From Candidatus Woesebacteria bacterium (lineage in GTDB: Bacteria; Patescibacteriota; Microgenomatia; UBA1400; UBA1396), in NCBI GenBank assembly GCA_021208605.1, contig JAJOJK010000001.1, positions 5,257 to 69,256 of the forward strand: a stretch of DNA of 64,000 bases. Reading direction: 5' to 3'. A program made the translations under genes and the position numbers. Below the pieces are notes generated by a model. It saw only the letters and a program-made list of their open reading frames with translations. It searched no databases and was not told the DNA's origin. Below are positions 54,546-63,378 of the stretch, piece by piece. Position 1 is the first letter of the stretch. Every line of letters begins with the position of its first letter.

Positions 54546-55469
54546 TCAGTTCACCCGATTTGGAAATTTACTTTTTGTAGCCTGAATTATAGCCTCAACC
54601 CACTGCTCAGCATTCTTTCTCATAGAGTCTTCTGTACACCATGCCAGCTCTGGACCAGCCCAGACGTTACCTTTGTGATCGAGCATGCTAGGTTTACTCT
54701 CCTCAAAACCATATCCGAACAAACCGTCGTTAGCCACCATTTTTAAGAGCAGGTCATGGTTGTATACATTATGGATAATGCTGGCAAAAATAGCAGTTTT
54801 CTTCATTGATCCCAGCATTTCGTCCGTAATTAACCCGTGCGTTTCTTCATTTTGAGCTACGGTTGGAATGATGACATCCGAGGTTTTCATTAATTGTGAG
54901 AGTTCTACACGCTCAAATCGGTCGTCAGTAGTGTTCTTTGACCAGTACTGAACTTTCATACCTAATCCAGCCATATTTTCTGCTACTGAACGCCCAATGT
55001 TGCCTAAGCCAATAATACCTGCTGTTTTCCCTCGAAGTTCAATACCCTGGTGTTTGATGTAGTCCTGTTTCCACTCGTCCTTAATGATTACGGGCAGTCT
55101 TCGTGCTAACGCAAAAACCATCATTGTGGCCCACTCTGCCACTGCAATTTTAGAAAACCCTCTCAGGTTAATGACAGGAATACTAAGAGTCTTAGCGAAA
55201 TTCACATCGAGCCAACTAAATGAGGTAGTTTGCAAGACGATTGCCTTGAGGTGTGGAATGCGCTCAATGACATCATTAGGGACCTTCCAGTCACAGAAAT
55301 CTGGATCAATGGCCAAGATACGATCTTCATCGCCGGTAAATAGTCCCTCTACTGAGTCAAAGCCATTCACTTCTGAGTGGAAAATAACATCACCAGCTTG
55401 TTTAAGACTATCAATCTGATCTGGAGAAAAGAGTGCATTGATATTTGGGCTGATGAGAAAGATTTTCAT
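54546..55469 (-). CDS. D-2-hydroxyacid dehydrogenase-fold NAD-binding protein (degenerate active site)
   Basis: 'AVAEW', 'ELRGKTAGIIGLGNIG', 'SDVI'; catalytic Arg and His motifs altered. Confidence 0.85.
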   Translation of the reverse strand: MKIFLISPNINALFSPDQIDSLKQAGDVIFHSEVNGFDSVEGLFTGDEDRILAIDPDFCDWKVPNDVIERIPHLKAIVLQTTSFSWLDVNFAKTLSIPVINLRGFSKIAVAEWATMMVFALARRLPVIIKDEWKQDYIKHQGIELRGKTAGIIGLGNIGRSVAENMAGLGMKVQYWSKNTTDDRFERVELSQLMKTSDVIIPTVAQNEETHGLITDEMLGSMKKTAIFASIIHNVYNHDLLLKMVANDGLFGYGFEESKPSMLDHKGNVWAGPELAWCTEDSMRKNAEQWVEAIIQATKSKFPNRVN

Positions 55470-55618
55470 ATGGCCATTGTACCTCACGATACCCACCTAT
55501 TCTTATACCTCTTGATCAATCTATCTAGTTCTGGCACCTGCACTATCAACGGTATGCCCGCCACTTTACCTACTTCGGGGTCATGCACGCTGACCCACAA
55601 GTCTGTTACAATACGACT

Positions 55619-55846
55619 ATGTCTACAGAATTGTCAGTCGAATCCCTTTTTGAGCAAATGGTGCAAGGCCTTGAAATGACTCCTGAGCAACACACAAGAA
55701 TATTCCAAGCTATTCAGCAAGGTTTATTAGCTGAGCCACAAACCGATGGCCAGCTAGAAACTGATATTCGTCTTGTGCAGTGGATGGATCAAGATTCAGA
55801 CTCAGGTTCAGATTCTGAACCTCGTTTTGTTCGCAAGCTGCGTTAA
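55619..55846 (+). CDS. Small hypothetical protein
   Basis: TGTTACAAT 6 nt before the ATG; 75-aa ORF. Confidence 0.5.
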   Translation: MSTELSVESLFEQMVQGLEMTPEQHTRIFQAIQQGLLAEPQTDGQLETDIRLVQWMDQDSDSGSDSEPRFVRKLR

Positions 55847-55931
55847 AGCATTTGCAGCCACTTTTCCAATTTTCTTGATGGGTATGTTACGGTCTACTGT
55901 ATGAAACAAGGCTACGTTGCATAGAAGTATT

Positions 55932-56318
55932 TTACTCGTTTTGGAGCTCGTGGGAATCAAGTGTGACAGAATACTTCTGAACAATTATTTCCCAATCTGA
56001 TCGCAATGTACTTAGGTACTCTTCATACTGGTCACTCGGCTTGACCCAAGTGATATCCAAAAGTGTGTGCAGGAGAAAAATGATGTCACTGATTCTATTA
56101 ATATATGGTTTGAAATGAAATTTTTTAGTCTTTGGGTGTATTAAACTCTGATGGATAAGTGCACTTATAGTTTGCTCATCAATTTTTCCTTCAAAGAAAT
56201 CTCGGCACATGTTACAAGATAATTGAATAAAATCCTGAAGAGTTTCTTTTTGGGGCATAAACTCGTTTATATAAGCAGAAAACATTTTTTGTTTATTTCC
56301 TTCTCGAAATATGGACAT
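55932..56318 (-). CDS. Hypothetical AT-rich protein
   Basis: 128-aa ORF; no motif. Confidence 0.5.
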   Translation of the reverse strand: MSIFREGNKQKMFSAYINEFMPQKETLQDFIQLSCNMCRDFFEGKIDEQTISALIHQSLIHPKTKKFHFKPYINRISDIIFLLHTLLDITWVKPSDQYEEYLSTLRSDWEIIVQKYSVTLDSHELQNE

Positions 56319-56397
56319 CCTAAATTTTACACTATCTCTTTCTTGAGTCTCCCCGCAAACCCTGCTAGAGTGATTTCTCTACCGAAGAAAGGAAACT

Positions 56398-56973
56398 ATG
56401 GCAGACGACATGACCAATGACAGCACAAAAATGCTCCCAGCAGACGACACGCAAGAACTTGAGGCCGGCGAAGCCGTAGAAAGCCTGGAAGCCGGTGATG
56501 ATACCGATGCATTACCAGATGGCTACGAAATTGTCGCTACCGACGAAGCGACTGTCGAAGACAACGTTGAGCAAGCCGAACAATTCGGCGAAGCCCTCAC
56601 TTCTCTCCAGAACATTATTCAACGCTACTCTGATCAATATGATCAAGTGAACTCTCGCTACAAAGATCTGCGCGAGATGATGAAAAATATGTTTGACAAT
56701 GACGCTGAGTTGCAAGAGCTGTCCGAACAAGCCAAGACAGCGCAGCAAGACGCCAAGATGCGTAAACAACGCATTAAGGAGTCGCCAGAGTCAGTCGAGC
56801 TCCAGATGAAGATGAAAGAGACCAAAGAAGAAATTAACGAGATTCAAGAGACCTTGAATAACCACCTTTTGCGCTACTACCAGATGACTGGTTCGCAAGT
56901 GATCGAAGAGCCAGATGGCACGGAGCGTGAATTCAAGATTTCTGCCCGTCTCAAGTCAAAAAAGGCATCGTAA
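56398..56973 (+). CDS. Acidic coiled-coil hypothetical protein
   Basis: AAGGA RBS; host-like codon usage; long heptad region. Confidence 0.7.
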   Translation: MADDMTNDSTKMLPADDTQELEAGEAVESLEAGDDTDALPDGYEIVATDEATVEDNVEQAEQFGEALTSLQNIIQRYSDQYDQVNSRYKDLREMMKNMFDNDAELQELSEQAKTAQQDAKMRKQRIKESPESVELQMKMKETKEEINEIQETLNNHLLRYYQMTGSQVIEEPDGTEREFKISARLKSKKAS

Positions 56974-57023
56974 CACCAGCTTTTTGTTACATTTTTGTTT
57001 GCATTGATTGGTATAATAGAAGT

Positions 57024-58051
57024 ATGAGGGCAGGTGTCCGCATCCTACTGGTTACCCTATTTATACTCTTCGGATTTTTGAGGAGTGCTTCGGCTGCGGC
57101 GGCAACTGACTACGGTATGCACGTTCTGCGTCCAGAAGAGATAGAGACAATTGCCGCGCAGACAACCGAGTTGCGTCAAGAAAGCTCGGCGCCGCTCTAT
57201 GTAACGCTGCCATTCAGTTTAGACGATACTAAAGATTTAGATCGTTGGCGCACCGCCTTTCGGGTGGCTAAAGAGAATAACATCGTGCCTCTGGTGCGCC
57301 TGGTGACTCGTTTTGACACCGAGGCAAATGCCTGGGCAGTGCCGATCAGTACGAAATCGTGCAACTAACTAGTGCCTTAAACCAACTAGAGTGGCCACAG
57401 ACTGAGCGCCACGTCATTCTCTTTAATGAACCAAACCACGCGGCTGAATGGGGTGGCACTACTGATCCCGAAAGCTATGCTAGCATTTCATACTTTGCCG
57501 CCCAGTGGCTGAATACCGAGTCTGAAAACTACGTCGTTTTGCCGGCAGCTGCAGACTTAGCAGCTCCTAATGGACCAGTTACTATGGAAGCGTTCACTTT
57601 TTGGAAGCGAGCTTTGGCGGCAGAGCCTGACCTGCTCTACCAACTTGATGCCTGGAACTCGCATAGCTATCCAAATCCAGGTTTTGTGGCTGCTCCAACT
57701 CGTACAGGTCAAAACAGCTTGCGCGGTTTTGAACATGAGTTAGCTTTTTTGGACCAATACCAGATTAAAGAGTGGAAAGTCTATATCACCGAAACTGGCT
57801 GGCGCCAGACACCAACCAATGCGCGCAGCATGGCTTACTATTATGAATACGCGCATGAGAATATCTGGAACCACTCTCAAGTTGTCGCTGTGACACCATT
57901 CCTCTGGCAAGGTGCTCCAGGGCCATTTGCCGAGTTTAGTTTGCAAAACGAGGCGCAGAGTTTGACCTACCAAGGCGAAGCTCTCTTTGATTTGATCGCG
58001 CAGTCCGCAGCCGTATTGCTAACTGATAGCGCGGCGGCCTCTGGACGTTAG
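57024..58051 (+). CDS. Secreted clan GH-A glycoside hydrolase-like protein (frameshift near 57343)
   Basis: Signal peptide; acid/base 'FNEPN', 'HSYP', nucleophile 'ITETGW'; two ORFs join with +1 nt. Confidence 0.75.
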
Positions 58052-58088
58052 TTTTGAAGCCTGTAATTCTGTAGAATAGAATGAAACT

Positions 58089-58534
58089 ATGCAAAAGAGA
58101 TGTTCTTCTTGCAAACTTCTTCTGAACGAAGAAGAATTTACGTGGAAGTATAAAAATGTAAAGAGATCCTTGTATTGTCGCACGTGTTCTCGGAGCTATG
58201 TCAGAGAACACTACAAAAGAATCGAGCCTATTATCTCAATAAAGCTCATCAGCAAAATAAAATAAAAAGAGATAAAATACAGCTACTTATAGGCAAGTAT
58301 CTTTCATCTCATCCCTGTGTTGATTGCGGCGAAACAGATATTCTTGTTTTGGAGTTTGATCATAGAGAAAGAAGCAGTAAAATAGGAGCAATTAGCGACT
58401 TAGTGAGAAAGGGTCTCCCTTTCTCAGCAATTCGCCAAGAGATGAGTAAGTGCGAAGTCCGCTGTGCAAACTGCCACCGCAGGAAAACAGCAGTGGAAAA
58501 CAAGAGTTGGAAACTCAATTTTTCGCGCCCGTAG
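58089..58534 (+). CDS. Zn-finger HNH endonuclease (frameshift at A4 58215-58218); stop codon lies inside tRNA-Arg
   Basis: N-terminal 'KRCSSC...YCRTC', C-terminal 'CVDCG...EFDH...CEVRCANCH'. Confidence 0.8.
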
Positions 58535-58599
58535 CTCAATGGATAGAGCACCTGTCTTCGGAACAGGGTTTGTTGGGGGTTCGAGTCCCTCCGGGCGCA
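58525..58599 (+). tRNA. tRNA-Arg(TCG)
   Basis: GCGCCCG/CGGGCGC acceptor stem; CCTGT-CT-TCG-GA-ACAGG; GGTTCGAGTCC; 7-nt variable loop. Confidence 0.9.
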
Positions 58600-58629
58600 C
58601 ATAAAAAAGCATTTTGCTATACTCTTCTT

Positions 58630-59607
58630 ATGTCTTCCCTTTTTGCCGAACTTCCCTATCTTCTCTGGCGACCGTTCGCTCTCTTGGCACAGGTTCCGCT
58701 ATTTGGAGTTTTTCGTTTTCTCGAGTTCATTACCTCAGGCCTCAACTCACTTTTTCCAACTCAGTATCTAGAAGGAAATATCGGCGTATTTCCAGTCTGG
58801 GGTGTGGTGTATACGATCGTGTTTACGAGCGTTTTTGCCTTTGCGGTAACGACGGTTATGGAGCTTGTTCTGCGGGTGATTGGCTTTCAACGACAGCGTC
58901 AGCGCAGGAAGAAAAAACGGTTTCAACTCTCTTTCCAGCAGTGGTTCTTACTCTGGTTGTTGATTTGGTTTGGTGTGCTGGGTGTGGGCAGAATCTTGAG
59001 TCCGGTGTGGTCGGATTTGTTTCTTTCGGAATCGCTTGTTGGCCTCTATTTTGCTGGTTTTGCCTTTGGCGTGGTGGCGATCGTTCGGTATCTGATTCTG
59101 ACGGCAGTGAATCTTGGTGTGCGTATATCGGCTCAGAAAATAAAGTTCCCACAGTGGTCAAAAACTATGGGAAGAGCGGGTCTAATTTTCTTGGCGGTCT
59201 ATCCGATTTTAGCCCTTATTGGCGTCATTGCCTGGTTTCGCTACGAAACCAATCCTGGTGGGAGTCAGTTTCATGTGCTGCATGCTGCAATCAAGAATAC
59301 GTGTTTGATTGATGCAGCTCGCGAAAATTGTCCGCAGACGTTGGAAGAACTGAGCTATATTGAACCAGCGGCATTCGCTCGTGCGCAGGAATTTACACAA
59401 ATGCAGTATCAGTATGACGCGGAGACGAATCAGTACAGCTTAGTTATTCGCTACAATCCTCAGCGGGCGGTGGTGTTTGACCAGCGTTTGCATGCGGTGT
59501 ATGGTTTGGATTTCCATGAGTATTCGGTAGCACTTTTGGGGACAGATCGACTCAAAGAAGCCCCCGCGTGGTCAGGACCATGGATGTTTCCGGATTGGGA
59601 TTACTGA
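58630..59607 (+). CDS. Multi-TM membrane protein with C-terminal extracellular domain
   Basis: Four to five TMs; TGCTATACT 7 nt before the ATG. Confidence 0.65.
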   Translation: MSSLFAELPYLLWRPFALLAQVPLFGVFRFLEFITSGLNSLFPTQYLEGNIGVFPVWGVVYTIVFTSVFAFAVTTVMELVLRVIGFQRQRQRRKKKRFQLSFQQWFLLWLLIWFGVLGVGRILSPVWSDLFLSESLVGLYFAGFAFGVVAIVRYLILTAVNLGVRISAQKIKFPQWSKTMGRAGLIFLAVYPILALIGVIAWFRYETNPGGSQFHVLHAAIKNTCLIDAARENCPQTLEELSYIEPAAFARAQEFTQMQYQYDAETNQYSLVIRYNPQRAVVFDQRLHAVYGLDFHEYSVALLGTDRLKEAPAWSGPWMFPDWDY

Positions 59608-59612
59608 GTTGC

Positions 59613-60617
59613 CTAAGTTGCACTCAGGCGAACTGGCAGCTTATTCGTTTTGATAATATCGAGTACGGTTTCTTTGTAGGTGGTGCGTTCGTTCAAGAAG
59701 GCTGGAAGTAAAAGATCACTCACAGTGAGTTCACTCTGGCTCCAGGCTCGACTTATGTCATTCAGAGCAACTTTTCCTACGTACAGTTTTTCAACTGCAT
59801 AATCATTTTTGACTAACCACTGACACACTTGAATTGCTCCAGCTAAGTAAATTTGGTTTTTGGTGAAGGCGCCGGGAACAGAGGTGTCGGTCAGACCGCG
59901 CTTGACTTTCAAACAGATATTAAAGCGTTTCTGTTTATCAGGGAGATAGTCTTTCAGTTCGGCGAAGAGTTCGGAGAAAGAGAGGTACTCAGCTCGGCAG
60001 ACAGCGTAGTAGTTGAGTGCCGGGAAAAAGAGTAAACGGTCGTCCAGAGAAAGCTGGGCATGAATAACCGCCAGGCCCTCTTCAGTGGCCAAATATGGCG
60101 AGAAATCAAAGGCTTTAGCGCGGCGATGCCAGGGTTGCTTTTTGTCGTTAAGGCGGCGAAAAACGTGGGTGCCAATTTCGTGGTCTAGTACGCTCTGGAT
60201 GCCGTGCTCGCGATACTGCACCGGAGTACGGATGCGGAGAGTATTCTGGAAGACGCTGGTGCGAGCCATGTAGCTGCTGGAGAAACTGTAGGTAATGGTG
60301 TTGCTGAGGTGATTGCGATCGAGATATTCTTTGACGTATTCTTCCACTTCAGTTTGGGAAAGTACTCTGCCCTGCACCTCATCGTTGTAGTTTTCTTCGT
60401 TACCCCACTTGTGAACCAGTTTGTTGAGAATGGCTTGCGCCGTGGATAAGTACTCTTGCGAGACCGGACCATAGCGATACAGAGCTTCTTCGTCGATATC
60501 TTCTTCGTACTCAAATTGTGGGTTATAGAGCGGGTCGAAAAGGAACTTTTCCTCTTCTTCCTTGAGGTTGGTCGGGATCAGCTGGCTGAGGAATGTGGTG
60601 GTGTTTTTGGCAGACAT
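59613..60617 (-). CDS. DUF1704/MATCAP-like gluzincin metallopeptidase
   Basis: 'HEIGTH' + 'TEEGLA', 'KVKRGL', 'FTKNQIYL.G', 'LYVGKV'. Confidence 0.85.
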   Translation of the reverse strand: MSAKNTTTFLSQLIPTNLKEEEEKFLFDPLYNPQFEYEEDIDEEALYRYGPVSQEYLSTAQAILNKLVHKWGNEENYNDEVQGRVLSQTEVEEYVKEYLDRNHLSNTITYSFSSSYMARTSVFQNTLRIRTPVQYREHGIQSVLDHEIGTHVFRRLNDKKQPWHRRAKAFDFSPYLATEEGLAVIHAQLSLDDRLLFFPALNYYAVCRAEYLSFSELFAELKDYLPDKQKRFNICLKVKRGLTDTSVPGAFTKNQIYLAGAIQVCQWLVKNDYAVEKLYVGKVALNDISRAWSQSELTVSDLLLPAFLNERTTYKETVLDIIKTNKLPVRLSAT

Positions 60618-60618
60618 A

Positions 60619-61893
60619 TTACTCTCCGAGAATCAGGAATCCTTTGAGGTCGTTGCGACCGAGCTCGATATTGTGTTTCTTGTGGTTCAGGCGTTTGGAA
60701 ACAATCATGGAAGTGGGGATAATGCGATCGCGAATTTTGATTGAAACCGGCACAACCGGGACTTTGCCTTCATCTTCGTCGCTTTGGTTATAGAGAAGGT
60801 CGCGGCGTTCGTTGAGTTTGAGTTCAGTGGCCAAACTTTCGGCGATGGCACTCTGCAAGCGTTGGGTATTGATCAAGGCTTTGACGTCATGATAGGTGCG
60901 TTTGTCGTCCAGCAGTTTGATGGTTTCACGAATGTTGATGATGGGACGGTCGACTTCGTTACCAATGCCGGGATAGTTTTCTGCAAAAAGTGACTGACCA
61001 ATTTTTACTGCGTGCAACACACTGCGGGCTTGGACGCCTTCGACGCGTTCCAGACGCTGTCGTAGACCAGCATGGTTTGCTAACTGAATGGAAAGGCCTG
61101 GATAGGCGTTTACTTCGGCAATCATCGGGCCTTTTTCAGGATGGAGAAAGATATCGACACCCAGGTACACCATGCCGCTGGCGTTCGCTGTCCGGACGGC
61201 GGTTTTGAGCACTTCCAGCCAATACGGAATCTGGATACCGCGCACCGAGGCGTTGTTATGGGGGAAATAGGTAATGCTTTTTTTCTTTCCAGAGACGGCA
61301 AAGGTTGACTTGCCAGTACCCATATCAATACCGAGACCGATGGCGCCTTGGTCCAAATTTGCGCGACCATTTGAGGCTTTCGTTGGAATACGTGCCATGG
61401 CCATGATGGGGATTTTGCGATACAAAATAACACGAATGTCGGGTGTGCCCTGCATGACGTAGTCTTCGAGATCGGGGTGAATAGGAATGCGTTCTTCGAC
61501 CAGTGCCTTGTGGCGGTTGCCCCAGGTACTGTACTGGCCATCGAGAATATCACTCACGTGGAGAGTGAGGTCGTCGGAAGAGTATTCTTTGCCACTGACG
61601 TCTACCCAGCGATCGTGCCCCACTTTATGGCTGATCACAATAATACCCTTACCAGCGCTGCCGCTAGCGGGTTTGACAGCAAAATGGCCTTCAATACTGT
61701 GCCAATTAAATTCACGCAGTTCTTCCTGCGAAGTGATTTGGGCATAGAGCTGCGGCACGCCTATGTTGTGTTTGCTCAAGAAAGCTTTCGCGCGGAGCTT
61801 GGAAAAACCCAAACGCTTCGCCTTACGGCTATTCAGCGAAGTATACCGCTGCACTCGAGCGTTGAGACCAAGAATATCACCCGGTTTCACCAT
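60619..61893 (-). CDS. ATP-grasp ligase (alpha-L-glutamate ligase-related / ATPgrasp_ST) with C-terminal RimK-associated protease-like domain
   Basis: 'ILGLNAR', 'VKPASGSAGKGI', 'PDIRVI', 'GRANLDQGAIG', 'EVNAYPGLSIQLAN'; C-terminal 'ALINT...IELGRNDL'. Confidence 0.88.
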   Translation of the reverse strand: MVKPGDILGLNARVQRYTSLNSRKAKRLGFSKLRAKAFLSKHNIGVPQLYAQITSQEELREFNWHSIEGHFAVKPASGSAGKGIIVISHKVGHDRWVDVSGKEYSSDDLTLHVSDILDGQYSTWGNRHKALVEERIPIHPDLEDYVMQGTPDIRVILYRKIPIMAMARIPTKASNGRANLDQGAIGLGIDMGTGKSTFAVSGKKKSITYFPHNNASVRGIQIPYWLEVLKTAVRTANASGMVYLGVDIFLHPEKGPMIAEVNAYPGLSIQLANHAGLRQRLERVEGVQARSVLHAVKIGQSLFAENYPGIGNEVDRPIINIRETIKLLDDKRTYHDVKALINTQRLQSAIAESLATELKLNERRDLLYNQSDEDEGKVPVVPVSIKIRDRIIPTSMIVSKRLNHKKHNIELGRNDLKGFLILGE

Positions 61894-61896
61894 GGG

Positions 61897-62865
61897 TTAC
61901 TCCTCTTCTGAATCGAGAATTGGTTTAAAGCGGAAGTACTCGGACAACCGGAGACCAGTGTATTTCCCTACCGCCACATCGAGTACCAGCACAGCCAAAA
62001 TAGTTAATTCCGGATGCAAGATCACGAAGTCCTGAACCATTTCGGTGCGTAAGAACAAGGCTGATAACACTGCTAACAGAATAGTTTCCAAAGTGAGTTC
62101 AATCGCCCGCGACTCACTGCCTGTTTGGGTGGCTTCCACAAAGTTTTCGGACAAGAGGATGAGCACCAAGATCGGGAAAATACCGACGGCAATCAAGTCA
62201 ATATTGATCTGAATTAAGTACGGCGAAAGCAGTAACAGGCCAAAGACCGAGAGCGATACCACCCAGAGTAAGAGCGCCGTGCGCGGCAGATACTGCAGTT
62301 TGAAGCGCTTGATGATGCTACGACCCACACTCGCCACCAGCAGAATCGAGATGAAGAGGGCCAAACCAGTAACAATACCAGTCGATAACAGTGCCACAGC
62401 CAAAATGGCGGGCGTGTACACACCAAAACCTGAGAGACCAACAATGTGGCGCGAAGCGGCAATAAAGGAAGCAATCACTGGGAATAAGAGAATCAGGACC
62501 AAAATGTTGGCTGGTACTCCACTCTCTACAGCCCGGCGGATCGCGTGCTGCAGGATGTTGGTGGGATTCATGGGATCAACAGGATTGTTGTCGAGAAGTT
62601 GGGCCAGTCGACTTTTGGCTTGACCGGTGGTTTCGGTAATATCGCGTTCTTTTTTCTCTTCGATCTTTTGGACGACCTCAGCCGATGGTGTGGCCGTAGC
62701 AGAAGCAGTTGCTTCTGCCGATTCTGTTGAAGCCGGCGTGGCAACATTTTCCACGAGATCAACGCGCGAGGTTTGGGCTTGGGCTGGTAAGTGGAGCGTT
62801 AAGAACAACACCACGCAACCACCAATCAAGAGCATCAGGGAAAGGAGCTTTTGCAAAAAAGTCAT
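61897..62865 (-). CDS. 7TM_transglut-family membrane protein
   Basis: 'RHIVGL.GFGVYTP', 'LPR', 'IFPILVL', 'GKYTGLRLSEYFRFK'. Confidence 0.85.
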   Translation of the reverse strand: MTFLQKLLSLMLLIGGCVVLFLTLHLPAQAQTSRVDLVENVATPASTESAEATASATATPSAEVVQKIEEKKERDITETTGQAKSRLAQLLDNNPVDPMNPTNILQHAIRRAVESGVPANILVLILLFPVIASFIAASRHIVGLSGFGVYTPAILAVALLSTGIVTGLALFISILLVASVGRSIIKRFKLQYLPRTALLLWVVSLSVFGLLLLSPYLIQINIDLIAVGIFPILVLILLSENFVEATQTGSESRAIELTLETILLAVLSALFLRTEMVQDFVILHPELTILAVLVLDVAVGKYTGLRLSEYFRFKPILDSEEE

Positions 62866-63065
62866 GTCGTTATTATACGATGAATGCTATCGGAAAGAAA
62901 AGGATTTGGTGGTGAAAAGGAGGTGTCTAGCCTGGAGAAGGTCGCTTGCCAGTTGGTGTCAGCAAACTTGTCCTCGCCGATTTGGACCGCATTTGGTATA
63001 ATTCCTCCATCTCATCTCGAGAACCAGAAATTGACAAGCGCGAATGCGCTTTTCTCTTTCTCACC

Positions 63066-63139
63066 GGGTCAGTAGCTCAGTCGGTTAGAGCATCTGCCTC
63101 TTAAGCAGAGTGTCGTGGGTTCGAGTCCCACCTGACCCA
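63066..63139 (+). tRNA. tRNA-Lys(CTT)
   Basis: GGGTCAG/CTGACCC acceptor stem; TCTGC-CT-CTT-AA-GCAGA; GGTTCGAGTCC. Confidence 0.95.
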
Positions 63140-63146
63140 CTTTCAT

Positions 63147-63176
63147 AAAAAAAGACAGCCAAGGCTGTCTTTTTTT
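63147..63176 (+). terminator. Terminator after tRNA-Lys
   Basis: AAAAAAAGACAGCC-AA-GGCTGTCTTTTTTT. Confidence 0.8.
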
Positions 63177-63263
63177 ATGAAAATGGGCGAGTTGGCAGAT
63201 GAGAGGCCATTTGGGGTCCGACGGGACCGAGCATACCGAATGTAAAATAATGCGAGGTGACCC

Positions 63264-63281
63264 TAGTGCATGCGGAGTGAG
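63264..63281 (+). repeat. 18-bp motif TAGTGCATGCGGAGTGAG shared with 44362-44379
   Basis: Exact reverse complement of 44362-44379; both copies are downstream of a tRNA plus terminator. Confidence 0.85.
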
Positions 63282-63378
63282 ATTCAAAAGTATTTACTAA
63301 AAATAATAGTTTTGTTTTCATTAACACCGTAATTCTCTCATACCTGGTTTGTCTTTTGATAGCGTATGATGAGTGTAT

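Larger units (their letters stand above)
45306..55500. mobile_element. tRNA-Arg-integrated genomic/defence island (right end uncertain, 54.5-56.3 kb)
   Basis: Integrase at the tRNA, abrupt AT-rich composition, phage and defence genes; no attR recognised. Confidence 0.75.

Noticed and set aside
45283-58601. The two Arg tRNA 3' ends as attL/attR of one 13-kb element
   Set aside because: The second copy is part of a complete tRNA, genes at 56398-58051 have host-like composition, and isoacceptor similarity can explain the match; kept only as a note on attP origin
58450-58629. N-terminal extension of the membrane protein across tRNA-Arg(TCG)
   Set aside because: It reads through the tRNA; ATG 58630 has its own -10 element at leaderless spacing
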